Assembly: GCA_965153455.1 (NCBI GenBank)
Contig: OZ234493.1
Coordinates: 9,662,213 to 9,726,212, forward strand
Direction: 5' to 3'
DNA: 64,000 nucleotides
From: Sphagnum compactum
Lineage: Eukaryota
A program made the position numbers and the translations under genes. Within the stretch, counting starts at the first letter, position 1. Each line of letters opens with the position of its first letter. Under the pieces are notes generated by a model, which saw only the letters and a list, made by a program, of their open reading frames with translations, made no database searches and was not told the origin of the DNA. Shown piece after piece: positions 1 to 12,687 of the stretch.

Positions 1-195
1 ATTTTACATTTAAAACTATCTTAAGGCAAAAATAGAATTATGGAAATTCAAATATTTCACCATGCAAAAATATAATCTTCAAAAAATCCTCTAAAGAAAA
101 CCAAAATCCTTCAAGATATCATAACTCTTGAATAAAATGTCACAACATGTTAGCAATTTTGAATAGAATGTTCATTCCAAAAGTTTCTATTCATT

Positions 196-432
196 TATCA
201 TCATCATATTTGGTGACCATTAAAAATAATCGAGGGTTTCATCCAATGGCTTAAATCTTGTAACAAAACATGAAGAGATATAACTCTACATTATCGAATG
301 TAATTATAGTGAACAAAATTATCATCGTCATATTTGGTGATTGTTAAAAATCGAGAAATTGGCTTAAATCTTGGGAACAAAACATGAAGAGATATCACTC
401 TAAATTATGGAATGTAATTATAGTGAACAAAA
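196..432. repeat. Tandem duplication of a ~120-bp unit (2 copies)
   Basis: Units at ~196-318 and ~319-432 share ttatcatc.tcatatttggtga...tggcttaaatcttg...aacaaaacatgaagagatat.actcta.attat.gaatgtaattatagtgaacaaaa. Confidence 0.9.
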
Positions 433-1194
433 GTTACACATGAATTAGCTTAACAATGATTAGGTTCAAGCTATAAAAGTTCAAATTTGTAAACAAAGAA
501 ATAGGATTTGTTTTTGAAAAAATGGTCTATGATATGAAACAATAACATGTATTGCATTAAAAACACAACTTTTTTTTGCATTCCATCCATTGCACAAACA
601 AAACAAGAAAAGAAAATTTCATCTCTCACGCAAATGCACACGAGAAGAGCAAAAGAATAATTTGGACACAACTTGCAGAGTTCAAAAACAAATAGTTAAT
701 GTAATAACAACACAAACATGTAGCCCACAAATGCAAATGATTTGAAATTATGTTATAAAACACCAAAGATCATCCAAAATATTTAAGAATACACAATACA
801 CATGCAAAAAAATTATTGCAAATGCATATGACTTTTAGCTTCACAAGGTACATAACATTGACAAGAATGAAAACACATTTAAGCAAAACACACATTTTAC
901 ACAAAAGGTAGTTTCATAAATAATTTTAAAACATTTGAATATGTCCAAAATTTGAGAATATTTTCTCACAATGTTTTTTAAACCTTGAAAATTTTCATGC
1001 CCGATTTTTTTGAAATTTTAACAATTTGTATTTTTATTTTTTTTAAATTGAAAATGTTTGATTTTATTAAAAAAATAATCATTGTTGATACATTTTACCA
1101 TCATGTAAAAGACCTCATCATTTTCAATTTATTCTTTTTAATATGAGTTTTTTTCATCATTATCTTCAATAATATATCTATGATTGTGAATAAA

Positions 1195-2400
1195 GAATAA
1201 TGTGAATTTGATTCCATGGTTTCAACCTATAATTCTTTATCAAATGCCCCAAACAGTCCACACTTGCCCCAACCTTTCACTATTAATTGGCTTTGAAAAC
1301 CTAAACATTTCTAAGTTTATAATAATTAAATGCAAAATTCCTCACATATTTATTTGAAAATCAAGGTGAACAATATTATAATCCATATCCTCCACTTGTT
1401 TTTGTATGGATTTTGTTGACCATTGTTTGAAACAATTTGAAAAGCCACATTTTAGAAATGTTTGCAAAATAATGTGCAAAATAAGGTTGTAATTTTGATG
1501 TGTAGTTAGCTAATAGATACAAGACACAAATATGTGGATATTAATCTTTCATCCATTCAAGAAAAAATTCTTAAATTTATGCATGAACCAACAATTAGTT
1601 AGGAAAGTCATTTTCTAATTTTTTGGCAATGACAAATTTTCAACAACATTCATAAAATATGGAACAAAAATGTGAAATTGTTAACACATTTTCAAGTCCA
1701 ATGGTTTTGTGTCATTGTGAAATGAAATCCATATTCCAAACATTTTCTAAACCACCTTTGGACTTGGCCAAATAATAATTTATTTTACCAACGAAAATAA
1801 TTTAAGAAAGGAACAATCTACCATCAAATGTAGATGACATAACATGTTTTCCTTTCTAATCACTTTTACATCCTTCAAATCTTTTTTCCCCCATATTGTA
1901 TGTTTTCATCCCATTGGAACAAGGTGAATTCTTACACAAGATTGATGACACATTTGAATTTCAAAATATATTGTAGTCAATACCTACTATGTTATGGAAA
2001 TGGTATCACACATGCTTGAAAATATAATATCAACATTATGATCCATTGAGATAAATAGGTAAATCACTCTTCATAATCTATAAGCAAAACACATTTATTT
2101 ATTTGATCAATATTCACAACCAAGCTTGTGAGAATATCATACACTTTTATTAAATAAACAACCATATATGCAATGTGTTTACCAAGATTTTCCCAATTTA
2201 ATGGAAGCTTCCCACAAGTTGTGATCGCACAACAATAGTTCCTATGCATTTGTTCTTTGAAGAACCCATGCACTTTCACTTTATCGACATCTTGACCTTG
2301 TCCAAAAGCTATGGTGCACAAGCTAAATTGAAGTCCATAATGATGTGCTGCACAATTTTAACATTTAAAAATTGTCATGTTTTTCACACTGCTAAAAACA
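1195..2400 (-). pseudogene. Decayed Tc1/mariner-pogo-like (DDE-1 type) transposase remnant
   Basis: Collinear minus-strand fragments translated by hand: KLPLNWENLGKHIAYMVVYLIKVYDILTSLVVNIDQ (ORF 2064..2321), IHLVPMG, SSTFDGRLFLS*IIFVGK, FHFTMTQNHWT, NCWFMHK, EWMKD*YPHICVLYLLANYTSKLQP (~1480-1570) and IVKGWGKCGL. These match the N.DQT, D.W..H and P.N.TS.LQP.D motifs of DDE-1 transposases. Many stops and frameshifts. Confidence 0.75.
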
Positions 2401-3243
2401 ATTTGCACATATCTTGTACCAAATGAAGTCTTGATACAAGTGGTCCCTCATTTTAAATTATCAATGTGAATTGAAAGTTTTTCTAAACATGTGAAGAACA
2501 TATTTTGGTTTGAATTTCCCTTTTATTTTTAACCAAATGTATAAACTATTATGAATAAGTCTATCAAAAGGGCTTGAATGTGACCTAGACTTTCTAAACT
2601 ATCATCACATGCAAAAATTATACAAAATCTTAACAACTGAACAAGAAAGGAAAAAGGGGTGGGGAAAATGGCCCCTATTAGGTATCGTGAAACAACTGTG
2701 CAATGAGGGAATTGCATTTGATACATGCAACAATTGTAACAAAGTAATTACCTTTGACATGCATCAATACAATCATAACATGATATGATATTAATTCAAT
2801 ATAAATCATGACCATTAGGAATGACTAATGATGTCATAAAGATGATTCCTACAATCATGATTAATTGATTTATGTAGGGCTAAATCAATCATCCCTTCAA
2901 TCATTATTGGTCATCCTTATAATCATCCATACTAATCATTAACCATGATTTAAAACAAAAGTAGGAATTGATGTTAAAAAAATGCTTACACTTGGAGGCT
3001 TTGAAAAGCCATTCTGCATTTTTTCTTTCTTCACACATGGGCTTAAGAAATCCTATCAAAAAAAGTTGCTTCATAACCATGACATCAAATCTAAAATAAA
3101 TTAACAAGGATTTAGGATTGTAAAAAAAACTTTTAAATGCCACAAAAATTGTACAATATTGGGATTCCAAAGCATGAATATTTTTTAAACCAACAACAGT
3201 AAAAAACAAGAAAAGATATTTAATCACCTTGCTACTATTTGGG

Positions 3244-3875
3244 TGTGACACACCCCCAAACTCCTTGATAGACTCAACTGCAAGTTCAAACGTGAAAACA
3301 AACAAAAGGATAAGGAGTTTGGGTACGCTCCCTGGTTCGCAGCACTTCGAGGGTAGAGGGGCGTGTTAGAACTCTTGGGTTGCGGACTATGACGAGTGAC
3401 AAGCGGGTCAATTATTCACATAGATCTGGACAAACAAAACAACAAGTTGGTTAATGCGTAGTTGGAGCACTTTTGGTGCACGGATGAAACACAGGCAAAC
3501 ATGGACTCACAAGACTCACCACGGCCTAGACTTGGGGGAAGCCACCACCTTCCCCCTTTATAATACTTTCTGTGTCTGGCCACGGGGCTTGCACCCAAAT
3601 GTCATTTTGTCCTGGGATTACCAAGTTGGGAGTCCTGAAATTCTCGAAATTGGGACTTTCGCAACTTTGAAAGGCCATAATTTCTTGTGAAAACCTTCGA
3701 TTGAGGTGAGGTTTAAAGCAAAGTTGTAGCCCTTGTCGAAAGCTTTCCAACGGTATGTGGGAAACCACTTGCACACAAATAAATCAGAGCGATTCCCGAC
3801 TTTTAGTGACCAAGAGTCAAATTGTCAATTTGACTCATGACCCTTCTTTTGGCCATAACTTATGTTTTAAGTACG
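3244..3875 (+). mobile_element. LTR-like dispersed repeat fragment (probable truncated LTR)
   Basis: Abrupt GC-richer block in AT-rich DNA starting TGTGACACACCCC, similar to TG-initiated gypsy-type LTR 5' ends. No coding capacity. A degenerate related segment occurs at ~37060-37360 (ctcacaag.ttca.cac...ata.tactttgt). Confidence 0.55.
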
Positions 3876-4734
3876 AAGACAAGACTTGTGTTCCATTAAT
3901 CAAAAGAAAACAAAAGAACAAGGTAGAAAGAGGGCATAAGGTGTCTTTCTGCAGGGAAGACCTATAACTAGGCTACTTTCAAGGGTAACCTTCATAGATG
4001 ATAACAAAAAGAAAGAATTCAAAACAACAAGTGATATGAGAAAAAGACTTTAAGGGGAATATGGTAGTTATTCATGAAGGTAGCCATGAAGTTTCCCAAA
4101 GAAATTTTAACAAAACAACCATAACCTTTTATTTTAATCAAATACCAAAAATGGTAACCACCTGGGGAACCCCAACAATGACTACTTTGAAATTTGAGGC
4201 CATAAATTTTCATTCAAAATACGAATGAAGCCAAATTGCAAAGAAAATTAAAATATTGAGATGTTCGTCAAAGGTGAAAGGGGCAAAGATGATAAATTTA
4301 CTTCTTGTGGATCTATGGAAGATGAGTAGAAATGCCATCCACCCCCAAAAGGATAATTTAAATGTTTTTCACCCTCATATACCTTCCCTCACATGGATAA
4401 CCTTAGGAATGAGGAAGATGATTTGTATATTTCCTCAAAGGAGTCATTCAAATCCAACTTACCATTTAAATACAAATTGTGTGGGCAAATAGGCATTAGG
4501 AGATAGTGTAATTACTATCCTTCCATCATAGATGATAAGGATTGCCCACCCAACCTTCTCATGGGTGTGACTTAGCGGAGGATATGGAGGTAAACCTTCT
4601 TAAGGTTTTTTTTTAAAAAAAATCACGATAAAGGAGATTACTATGAAAAATACTCATAGACCTTTGAGGTTAAACAATGAATCCAAAAAAAAAACCCCCC
4701 AACCTTCCCAATGTTTTGAGGGCAAATGCTTGTA

Positions 4735-5070
4735 CATCGCCATTTTACAGGTTCATGGGTTTGTTCCAGATTCATGTGAAATCTATTATTTCATAAGTTC
4801 GTATTGCTTAAACACAAATGTCTTGCATTATTTAAACACGAACATGATTTTCATGTGTAAACAACATGAATAAACATATAACATCCATGTCTAAACAATA
4901 CGAATATGCATATGATATTCGTGTTCAAATAATGCGCATGACATTGATGTTCAAACAATACAAATAGATGAATGACATTTGTGTCTATTCCTTATGAATC
5001 TATGAAAAGTAAATTTCGCATGATTAATATTATCAAATTGTGACCCATGAAGTTTGTGATGTAGTGGGTG
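4735..5070. mobile_element. Degenerate MITE-like element with imperfect terminal inverted repeats
   Basis: The left end (ttcatgggt...tcatgtgaaat...tttcataagttc) pairs with the right end (gaatctatgaaa...atttcgcatga...acccatgaa). The interior contains short aaaca-a-acgaa repeats. Confidence 0.45.
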
Positions 5071-5429
5071 GTTATCCATGGTGGATACCTCCCATGTACA
5101 GTATGAAACCATTTGGGTACACTAGGTTAATAGGAAGGACAATGCCAAAAGCTAATAAAAAACAACCCACTTAACCCACAGTACAACCGTCACAAGGTGC
5201 TAGATCAAGGTGAAGCACTTACTAAGGTAGAATTTAGTAAAGGTGAAAGAATAAAAAGATTATTATCATGGAAGACACAAAAGTTGATCGACACAATCAA
5301 CATATAAGAGCACATCGTCAATGAAACAACATGGTAACTATCCAACCCATGATAGTAAAGGAAAAGGACCACCAAGGGATTCATTTAAATCGTTTTCAAA
5401 ATTAGATGAAGGAGGGGATGATTTTCATT

Positions 5430-8400
5430 TTGGTGTTCTTCATTTTTTTTGGTTGTTATAAACAAATTTCCTAATATTATTTGTTTTCATTGTTGCAAGT
5501 TCCATCATGATCTTATTTGTTTTTAATTAGACTTTTATCCTTTGATGTTTTCAATTACATGTTATAGGTTTGCAAGCTCCACTTCCTTTTTACAACTTTT
5601 GCATTGCCCTTTGTAGCCACAATGCATCTTTTTCCTTTTCATCTCCTTAAAGCTCTTGCTTTCTTTTCATTTTGGTGTTATTCATTTTGTTAAAGTTCTT
5701 CATTTTCATTTGTGTTTTTATTTTTTCACGATATTTCTCTCTTCATGGTTTTAGTTATAGTTTAGGTTATAATTTCCATCACCTTCCACAAATTTCTACA
5801 ATTTTTACATCACTTTCATTTTAATTTTTTTCCTTACTAATTTTTTTCCTTGCTTCATTGACATCATAATTTTTTTGGCTCACAAAGTTTATTTTTTCAA
5901 CTTTTTTATTTTTGTTTTCTTACATGTTTTGTTTTATTTAGTTGTGTTCTATTACTATACGTGGATTTTAATTTTGGCATTGTAATGTTGAATTTTTTTT
6001 ATCACAAGTTTAAAAACACTAATAAAATTTGAAAGTTTGGCATTGGGCAATAGACATTAATGGCTTGCATAAAATGTATCTTATCAAGCTATAACAACTT
6101 TAAAGTTTGTTGTTGTTCATTATATAACTAAATAGGTAAATAGGCAGCTAATTAACTAATTAGTTAATTAGCTAATTAATTAATCAACCACTAACTAATT
6201 ACCTACCTACCTACCCACTTACAAACCTACCTATAATTACCAATTATTCTTTATTTATCTGATTCTAGGAATAACATTCATTTTACTTCATACATTCTAT
6301 TAATTAATGAATTAATTCATAATCATAATTCCTCAACAATATGTAATTATTTTATGAAAATAGTTATTTAATTTATAATTCATCGAAAGATTAGCAATTA
6401 TTTTTTAATGGAAGGAATTAACTTTTTATTATTCTAATTTTAAGTTTAATTATTTACTATTATTAATAAAAATTTAAAATTTTGACACATAATCTTCTAA
6501 GTGTTAATTATCAACCCCAAAAAATAAAATTAGTAATTGATTGATTATCTAATTTAATTAATTATTAATTAATTATAATAATCAAATATCTTATATTAAT
6601 TATTAAATTACGAACTTATTAACTTATTTAGTTGATAGCTATCATTTAAAAAGATAATTGGTTTTAATTAATAATTAATATTAAGTGAATAATTTAACTG
6701 ACGAATACTTCATTAATTGATATTTAAATTCTAACTAAATATTAGTTATTTTAATATTTATTAACCATAACTCTTGCATATTTTTTTTGAATTATCAGAT
6801 AATTCATTGAATATTAATGTAATAATAACTCAATTATTAATTGACGTATTCACTAACTATTAGTAAATTCTACACCGATTAATAAATATTAATAATCAAT
6901 TTTGAACTTATAAATTAAATAGGAAATAAATTTTATTAATAAAAAAAATAAGTAGAAAATTGAATTTTTTTCATTCTAATTAATATTTGTATAAGTTGCA
7001 TAAATATAGATTATTTAATACTTATTACCTATTTACCATAACTCTTGATTACTAAATTCAAAGCATTAGATAATAAACTGGTTTTTAATTAAATAATAAT
7101 TTTAAAAATTCATTATTTATTTTTAATTTATAGATTGAATAATAGCTTGAAAAGAAAACATTATCAAATAAATCAGTAAACATTCAATATTATTTTTTTA
7201 AATATTTAATTGAATAAATAATCATATTAAATGATTATTTAACATATTCCAACTTATTTATTGATTATTCAGCACTAAAATTTAAATATAATTTATGTTT
7301 GACTAAGTTATTAAATAGATAATACATAAGTTACTTAATTAATTAATATTTAGTCTAATAAATAAATAAATATATTATATAAATTATTAAGTCATAAAGA
7401 AAATAATAAATTTGTTCTGTTTAATTAATTTTTAATCCACGACTAACATTATTTAATCAATTAGTTGATAATACTATTTTGGAAAAATTAATATTGGTTT
7501 AACATGAAGATTATGTCATCTCAAGATGACCTTGCCACTATAATTTAATTATACAAAATAAACATGGCATATTTGTCAAAAAACCATAATATAAAATCAA
7601 GATGAAATTATTTATTTTAATATGTTCATAATATGAAACAATATGAATTTAATATTTTCTGAAATATAGGTTGAATACATTCAAATATGTTAAATAGGTT
7701 TTAATATACGTTTTGTGTACCTTAACTACATGTTAAATATATTTTTAATGTAATCAATAACACCTAATGTACATAAAATGTAGAAACTCATCACAAGAAA
7801 TAACCAAATTACAACTAAAATTGTAACTAAATGAACATAAAGGTCTATTCTTGGATGAAAAACCAAAAAAATTAATCAATATGGAAAGATGTACAATTTA
7901 ATAGTCACACCATTGTTGTAGAAGTAGTAAAAAAATTGAAAAGATGGTTCCAAATGACAAATAGTCATATGTAGTCACAAATTGAATGGTTTCATAATAC
8001 ACTATTTCTGATCGGAAAACAATGTTTAAAGGTTGAAAGAAAGTTGGAGTATGAAAGAAGGGCCCAATAGGGGGGTCATTTTATGGATATTTCAATTATA
8101 TCAAATTGGGAATACATTCTTAAACATTTTTTAGAGGGTCCAAAATGCTTTGAATCCACAAAGCCCTATTCAATGTGAAAAAATATAAAAATTGTAAATT
8201 TTAATCATTCAAAGTATTCAATAATTTATTAAGAAGGATAACAAGAGTTAGTTCTTGCCAAATTTGATTTATGGTAGACATATTCATTGTGCAGGTGTTG
8301 ATAACATTGGAGATTGTGTAAAAATAAACTCCTATTGTGCTATTTTTGGTCCACCCTGGTGTGTAATTACCTTTTGGATGATATTTGTGAACCAAAAAAA

Positions 8401-9680
8401 TTTAATTGTTGAAAAATTCAACACAATCTAATTGTTTAGATAACTTATTGCCTACTTTGCTTAACCAACTAATTGAAGATTCATACCACCTAGATCTTCA
8501 TTTCTTTCTTGTGAAAGCAAGTTTTAAATGGTTATTCTTTTATCGATTCCATGATGATTTAGAAAAAGTAATATATAGTTAAAGACAAAGATTTTTTTGG
8601 GGGTCCTTTGATTTTTTTTGTTTAAATGCACATGTTGAAAAATGAAATGGATTGGATTATTTTTTTTGATTACATTTTCAAGTAGGATGATATTTGTAGC
8701 TTAATCGATGTGTATTATGATCTCATTAATAACAAGTTAGAATCAATATTGAAGGTTGGTTTTTCATTTGAAAACTTTTTAAATTTTTTAAAAAAATGTG
8801 AGGATTGCAATCTTGTGTGTAGGTATATGTGAGCTACAACAAATTTTAGAGTTGTCATATCTTGATAAGACACATTTTATGCAGACCATAAATACGTATT
8901 GCCCAATGCCAAACTTTCAAAATTTATTAGTGTTTTTAAATTTGTGATAATTTTTTTTCAACATTTATAATGCCAAATTTAGGATCCACATTATAGTAGT
9001 AGAACACAAGTAAATAAAACGAAACACATAACAAAACAAAAGTAACAGTTGAAAAAACAAACTTTGTAAGCCAAAAAAAGAATTGAGATGTCAATGAAGC
9101 AACATGGCAAATTAATAAGAAAAAATAAACTTGAAATTAGAATGAAAGTGATGTGAAAATTGTATGAGGGTGATGAAGCTTGTTGGAAGGCTATGGAGAT
9201 TGTAGACTTAAATTATAACAAAAAAACATGAAAAGAGAAATATTGGGTTATAATGAAACTTGCGAACCTACAACAACATGTAATTGAAAACGTGAAAGGA
9301 TAAAAGTCAATTATAGACAAATAAAATCATAATGGAACTTGCAACAATGAAAACAAATAACACTAAAAAACTTAATTATAGCAAAAAAAACAAAGATCGG
9401 AAAAAAATGAAAATGAAGAACACCCAAATGAAAAAAATAGTAGGATGAGGGAGATGAGAAGAGGGAGGTGCACCATGGATGTAGAAGGTGATGCAAAGCT
9501 TGCAAGAAGAAGGCAATGAAAAAAACCTTGCAAGAGAGAGGGTGACATAGCTTGCACATGATGATGGAGCTTGTGGACTTGCAACAAAACTAAAAATATG
9601 AAAGGCAATTGCAAAAAAATAGGAGTGCGATGGAGGTTGCAACAACAACAAAAAAAACATTAAAATGAATATCACCAAAA
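5430..9680. repeat. Long inverted repeat (~700-850-bp arms) around a ~2.7-kb extremely AT-rich spacer
   Basis: Arm ~5430-6130 is the reverse complement of arm ~8820-9680. Example: atcacaagtttaaaaacactaataaaatttgaaagtttggcattgggcaata (6001-6052) versus tattgcccaatgccaaactttcaaaatttattagtgtttttaaatttgtgat (8897-8948). Confidence 0.85.
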
Positions 9681-9913
9681 TGAAAGAGGAAGTAAAATAA
9701 GGGAGATGAGGAGGAGGAGGGAAGTGAATGATGCAAACTTTCCAAAAACAAACGACAAAGTGTTTTTCATGTGTAACAACATATCATGATGATGTGTGAA
9801 TCATTGGGGGCATGTGAAGGTGTGTTAGTAATTTCTTAAAACTTGAAGACAATTGAAATTAATAACTTGTACCATTGTCGTCAATGTAAGTCACATGGTG
9901 TTTTGTTGAAGTT

Positions 9914-9970
9914 GGGTTTAGGGTTTAGGGTTTAGGTTTTAAGTGTTAGGTAGCAATGTCAACCCTAAAA
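9914..9970. repeat. Interstitial telomere-like (TTTAGGG)n tract
   Basis: gggtttagggtttagggtttagg at 9914-9936, with an opposite-orientation aaccctaaa at ~9961. Confidence 0.8.
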
Positions 9971-9991
9971 CCATGTGTGATTCAAATTTTA

Positions 9992-10490
9992 ATCTTCCCC
10001 AAATTATATAACAAGACATGTAACTTTGACGTTGTTTATTTCACCTTTGCTTTCACAATGACGAAAAAAAAAGAATTAAAAAAATGCAATTAATGTTTTT
10101 CCATCTTTTTTTTTTAACCTTCCCCAAATTACATCAAGACATGTACTATTTGATCTGTTATTTTACCTTTTTTTTTTGCAATGAAAAAAAATGTAATTAA
10201 TTTTTTTTTCCATTTCCCCAAAATTACATCAAGTCATGTAATAATTGATGTTTTAAAAAACTAACCTTTGCTTTTACAATGAAAGGAAAAAAAAGAATAA
10301 AAAATGTAATCGATGTTTTCCATCTCTTTCTTAATCTTCACCAAACTATATCAAGACATGTATCTTTGATGTTTTTTTAATATAGCATTTGCTTATGAAA
10401 GGAGTATATATATATATAATATTAATTATTTCATTTTTTTTTCTTGTTCCCCAAATTATGTCAATACATCTAAAAATTGATGCTAGTTAT
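9992..10490. repeat. Degenerate tandem array, 5 units of ~95-125 bp
   Basis: Units start ttccccaaatta...caagacatgta...ttgat at ~9994, 10119, 10214, 10335 and 10446. Confidence 0.85.
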
Positions 10491-11139
10491 TTAAATATTG
10501 CATTAAGGAATGAATTTTTAAAAATGCTCGCCAGAAACCGGCGAGCTTGCTTGCTCTAGTAGCTTGCAGGTCGGTTCTGGCGATGGTGGTGCAAACTGCA
10601 AACCCTCGCCGTTGTGGATTTTGGACAAGGCTCTCGCTCAAGCTTTCTTCCTCGAGGAGACTCTTTGTCGAGCAACGGCAATTGCTTGCAGTGCTATCTC
10701 ATTTGAGCAACTGGAACTGTTGTGTCTGCTTTCCTCTTGCGGAGATCTTCACGTCGGTGTGATAAGTTTCTGAACTCGTCACAAAATAACTACCATATCA
10801 TTTCCAGTGTAATTGGATCATCGAACCCTCTCCCGATGTGTGTATCTTTCAATCTCTTTCGCATCAACTTCCATGAAGCAATATCAAAGCTTTGTGACCT
10901 TTTGAAACTTTCGTTTGAAACATGGTTTTTGCTAGGCCTAGGGTTCTGTGGTTGATGATCTATGTGTTTTGTTCCGTTTTCACCAGTTTTTGTGATAATC
11001 CTTTTAGATGAAGAAGTTAGGGTTTTGGATCACAGCAATTCTTGTCGAGTAGTGGAGGATTTTAAGCTCTCGATTTTTTCGCAAAATCCAAAGTAACTGT
11101 CCGGAAGTGCGATGTTTCTTTGCCATCTTTCGGTATGCA

Positions 11140-11985
11140 CAGATTACGATACTTGTGATGTATGAGCCTTTTGTGATGCATCCGGTGTCTGTCTTTGTTT
11201 CTCACAGTTTTGTGTTTTACAGTCCAGAACCCTTGTGTGTGGGAGAGCTAACACGAGACTTTTATAGGAGCTCGAGAACATGTCTGTTGCTTTCTGTAAA
11301 GCATTCTTAAGGACAGTTTGGAAATAGATTGATTTGGAGAGTTGCACAAGGGGAACTTGTTGCAGTATCTCAGTCAGTCAATCTATTTGGAAGTAAGCCG
11401 CAGTGCTCTATTTCATTGTGGAACTTGGAGCTCATTTGGCACAGCAACTGGGATGATTATCAGACTATGATACTTGTGATTCATTTGATGTCTGGCTATG
11501 TTTCTCACAGTTCTGTGTTTTGCAGTCCAGAGCCTTTGTGTGTGGAGTTCTGTGGCTGAAGTTTTGTGTTGATGGAGCTGCTGACATTTGCTCTATTTTA
11601 TTGTGGAACTTGGAGCTCATGTGGCATGGCAATGACGATGATTATCAGACAATGATACTTGTGATGCATGAGACTTTGTGATGTCTGGCTATGTTTCTCA
11701 TGGTTTTTGCTTTGCAGTCCAGAGCCCTCGTGTTTGGGAAACCTAAAATGGCACTTCTGTAGGAGCTCTAGAATATTCCTGTTGCTTTCTGTAAAGTGTT
11801 CTTGAGGGTGGTTTCGAAATAGATTGATTACGAGAGTTGCACAAGGGGAGGTTGTAGCAGTATCTGGTTCAGTTGATCAATCTGGAAGTGAGCTGAACTT
11901 TTCTGCTGATGAAGCTGCTGAAGTTTGCTCTATTTTTGTGTGTGAAACTTGAGCTTATGTGGCATGGTGCTGGTATGATTATGGT
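11140..11985 (+). repeat. Tandem triplication (long, short, long units) carrying splice-site-like signals, in the putative leader of the SERF gene
   Basis: The motif gatacttgtgat...tgtttctca..gtt.tg.ttt.cag|tccaga.cc occurs three times (AG at 11221-22, 11524-25, 11716-17). Units 1 and 3 also share aaatagattgatt..gagagttgcacaagggga...ggaa|GTRAGC. Confidence 0.85.
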
Positions 11986-12687
11986 TGCAAGTAGATAACT
12001 CCCTGGCTTTGTTTGACTGAATTGAATTTGAGAATGGATGTCATGCACTGGTAGCATTGCAAGTGACATCATAACTTGTAAGTGTGGGTGGTTGTGTGCA
12101 GGCAAGCTTTTTTGTGTTGAGTAAAGGTTACAGTTTAGGAAATTGACTCCTCCTTGCACTCCACTTTGCATTTTCTGGAATCTGCAGGTATATGGCGACT
12201 ACCACACTGCCATTACTCTTGGAAATTTGTAGGTGTAACTCTAGTGGTCTTCTCTACAGTTAGGTGGCTAGTGGCAAGAAGGATCGCAAAATCTGGACAC
12301 AAGGATTTTTATGAATGTTTAGTTTGGATTATTGTCAATACATGATGAATCATGGCATATTTTGGTTCCTGAAATTGAACACCACACTGCTTTGTCTGGT
12401 ATTTTTGAGTGCGAATTCATTTCTTCAACAGTTCTTGATGGTGCTAATTTTGGGAGATATACCAAACTTCTTTGATTGGGTAGTGAGTACTGCTCAAGGC
12501 AAACTGTTTTTTTTAGTTTAAAGGAAATGTGTTCTGGTTTCATGGATTAGCTTGCTCTCTCATGGCTGAGTGGCCAATGCTTTTTTACATTGTTATTGCA
12601 AAGGTCTGAACTCTTTTCTAAGTTCAGGATGAGTAGTCTGTTAATTTGGATCACCATAAGGGGGTTGCTCCGTGTCACAAGGTAGAG

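Noticed and set aside
3416..3967. Several overlapping short ORFs
   Set aside because: They lie within the LTR-like repeat and have no domain motifs.
9311..9678. Three hydrophobic ORFs resembling membrane proteins
   Set aside because: They are an artefact of T-rich low-complexity sequence in an inverted-repeat arm.
10950..11990. Possible C/D-box snoRNA cluster (several TGATGA-like and CTGA motifs)
   Set aside because: I found no clean box C and D pairs with terminal stems or recognisable rRNA-antisense elements. The motifs are explained by the tandem duplication.
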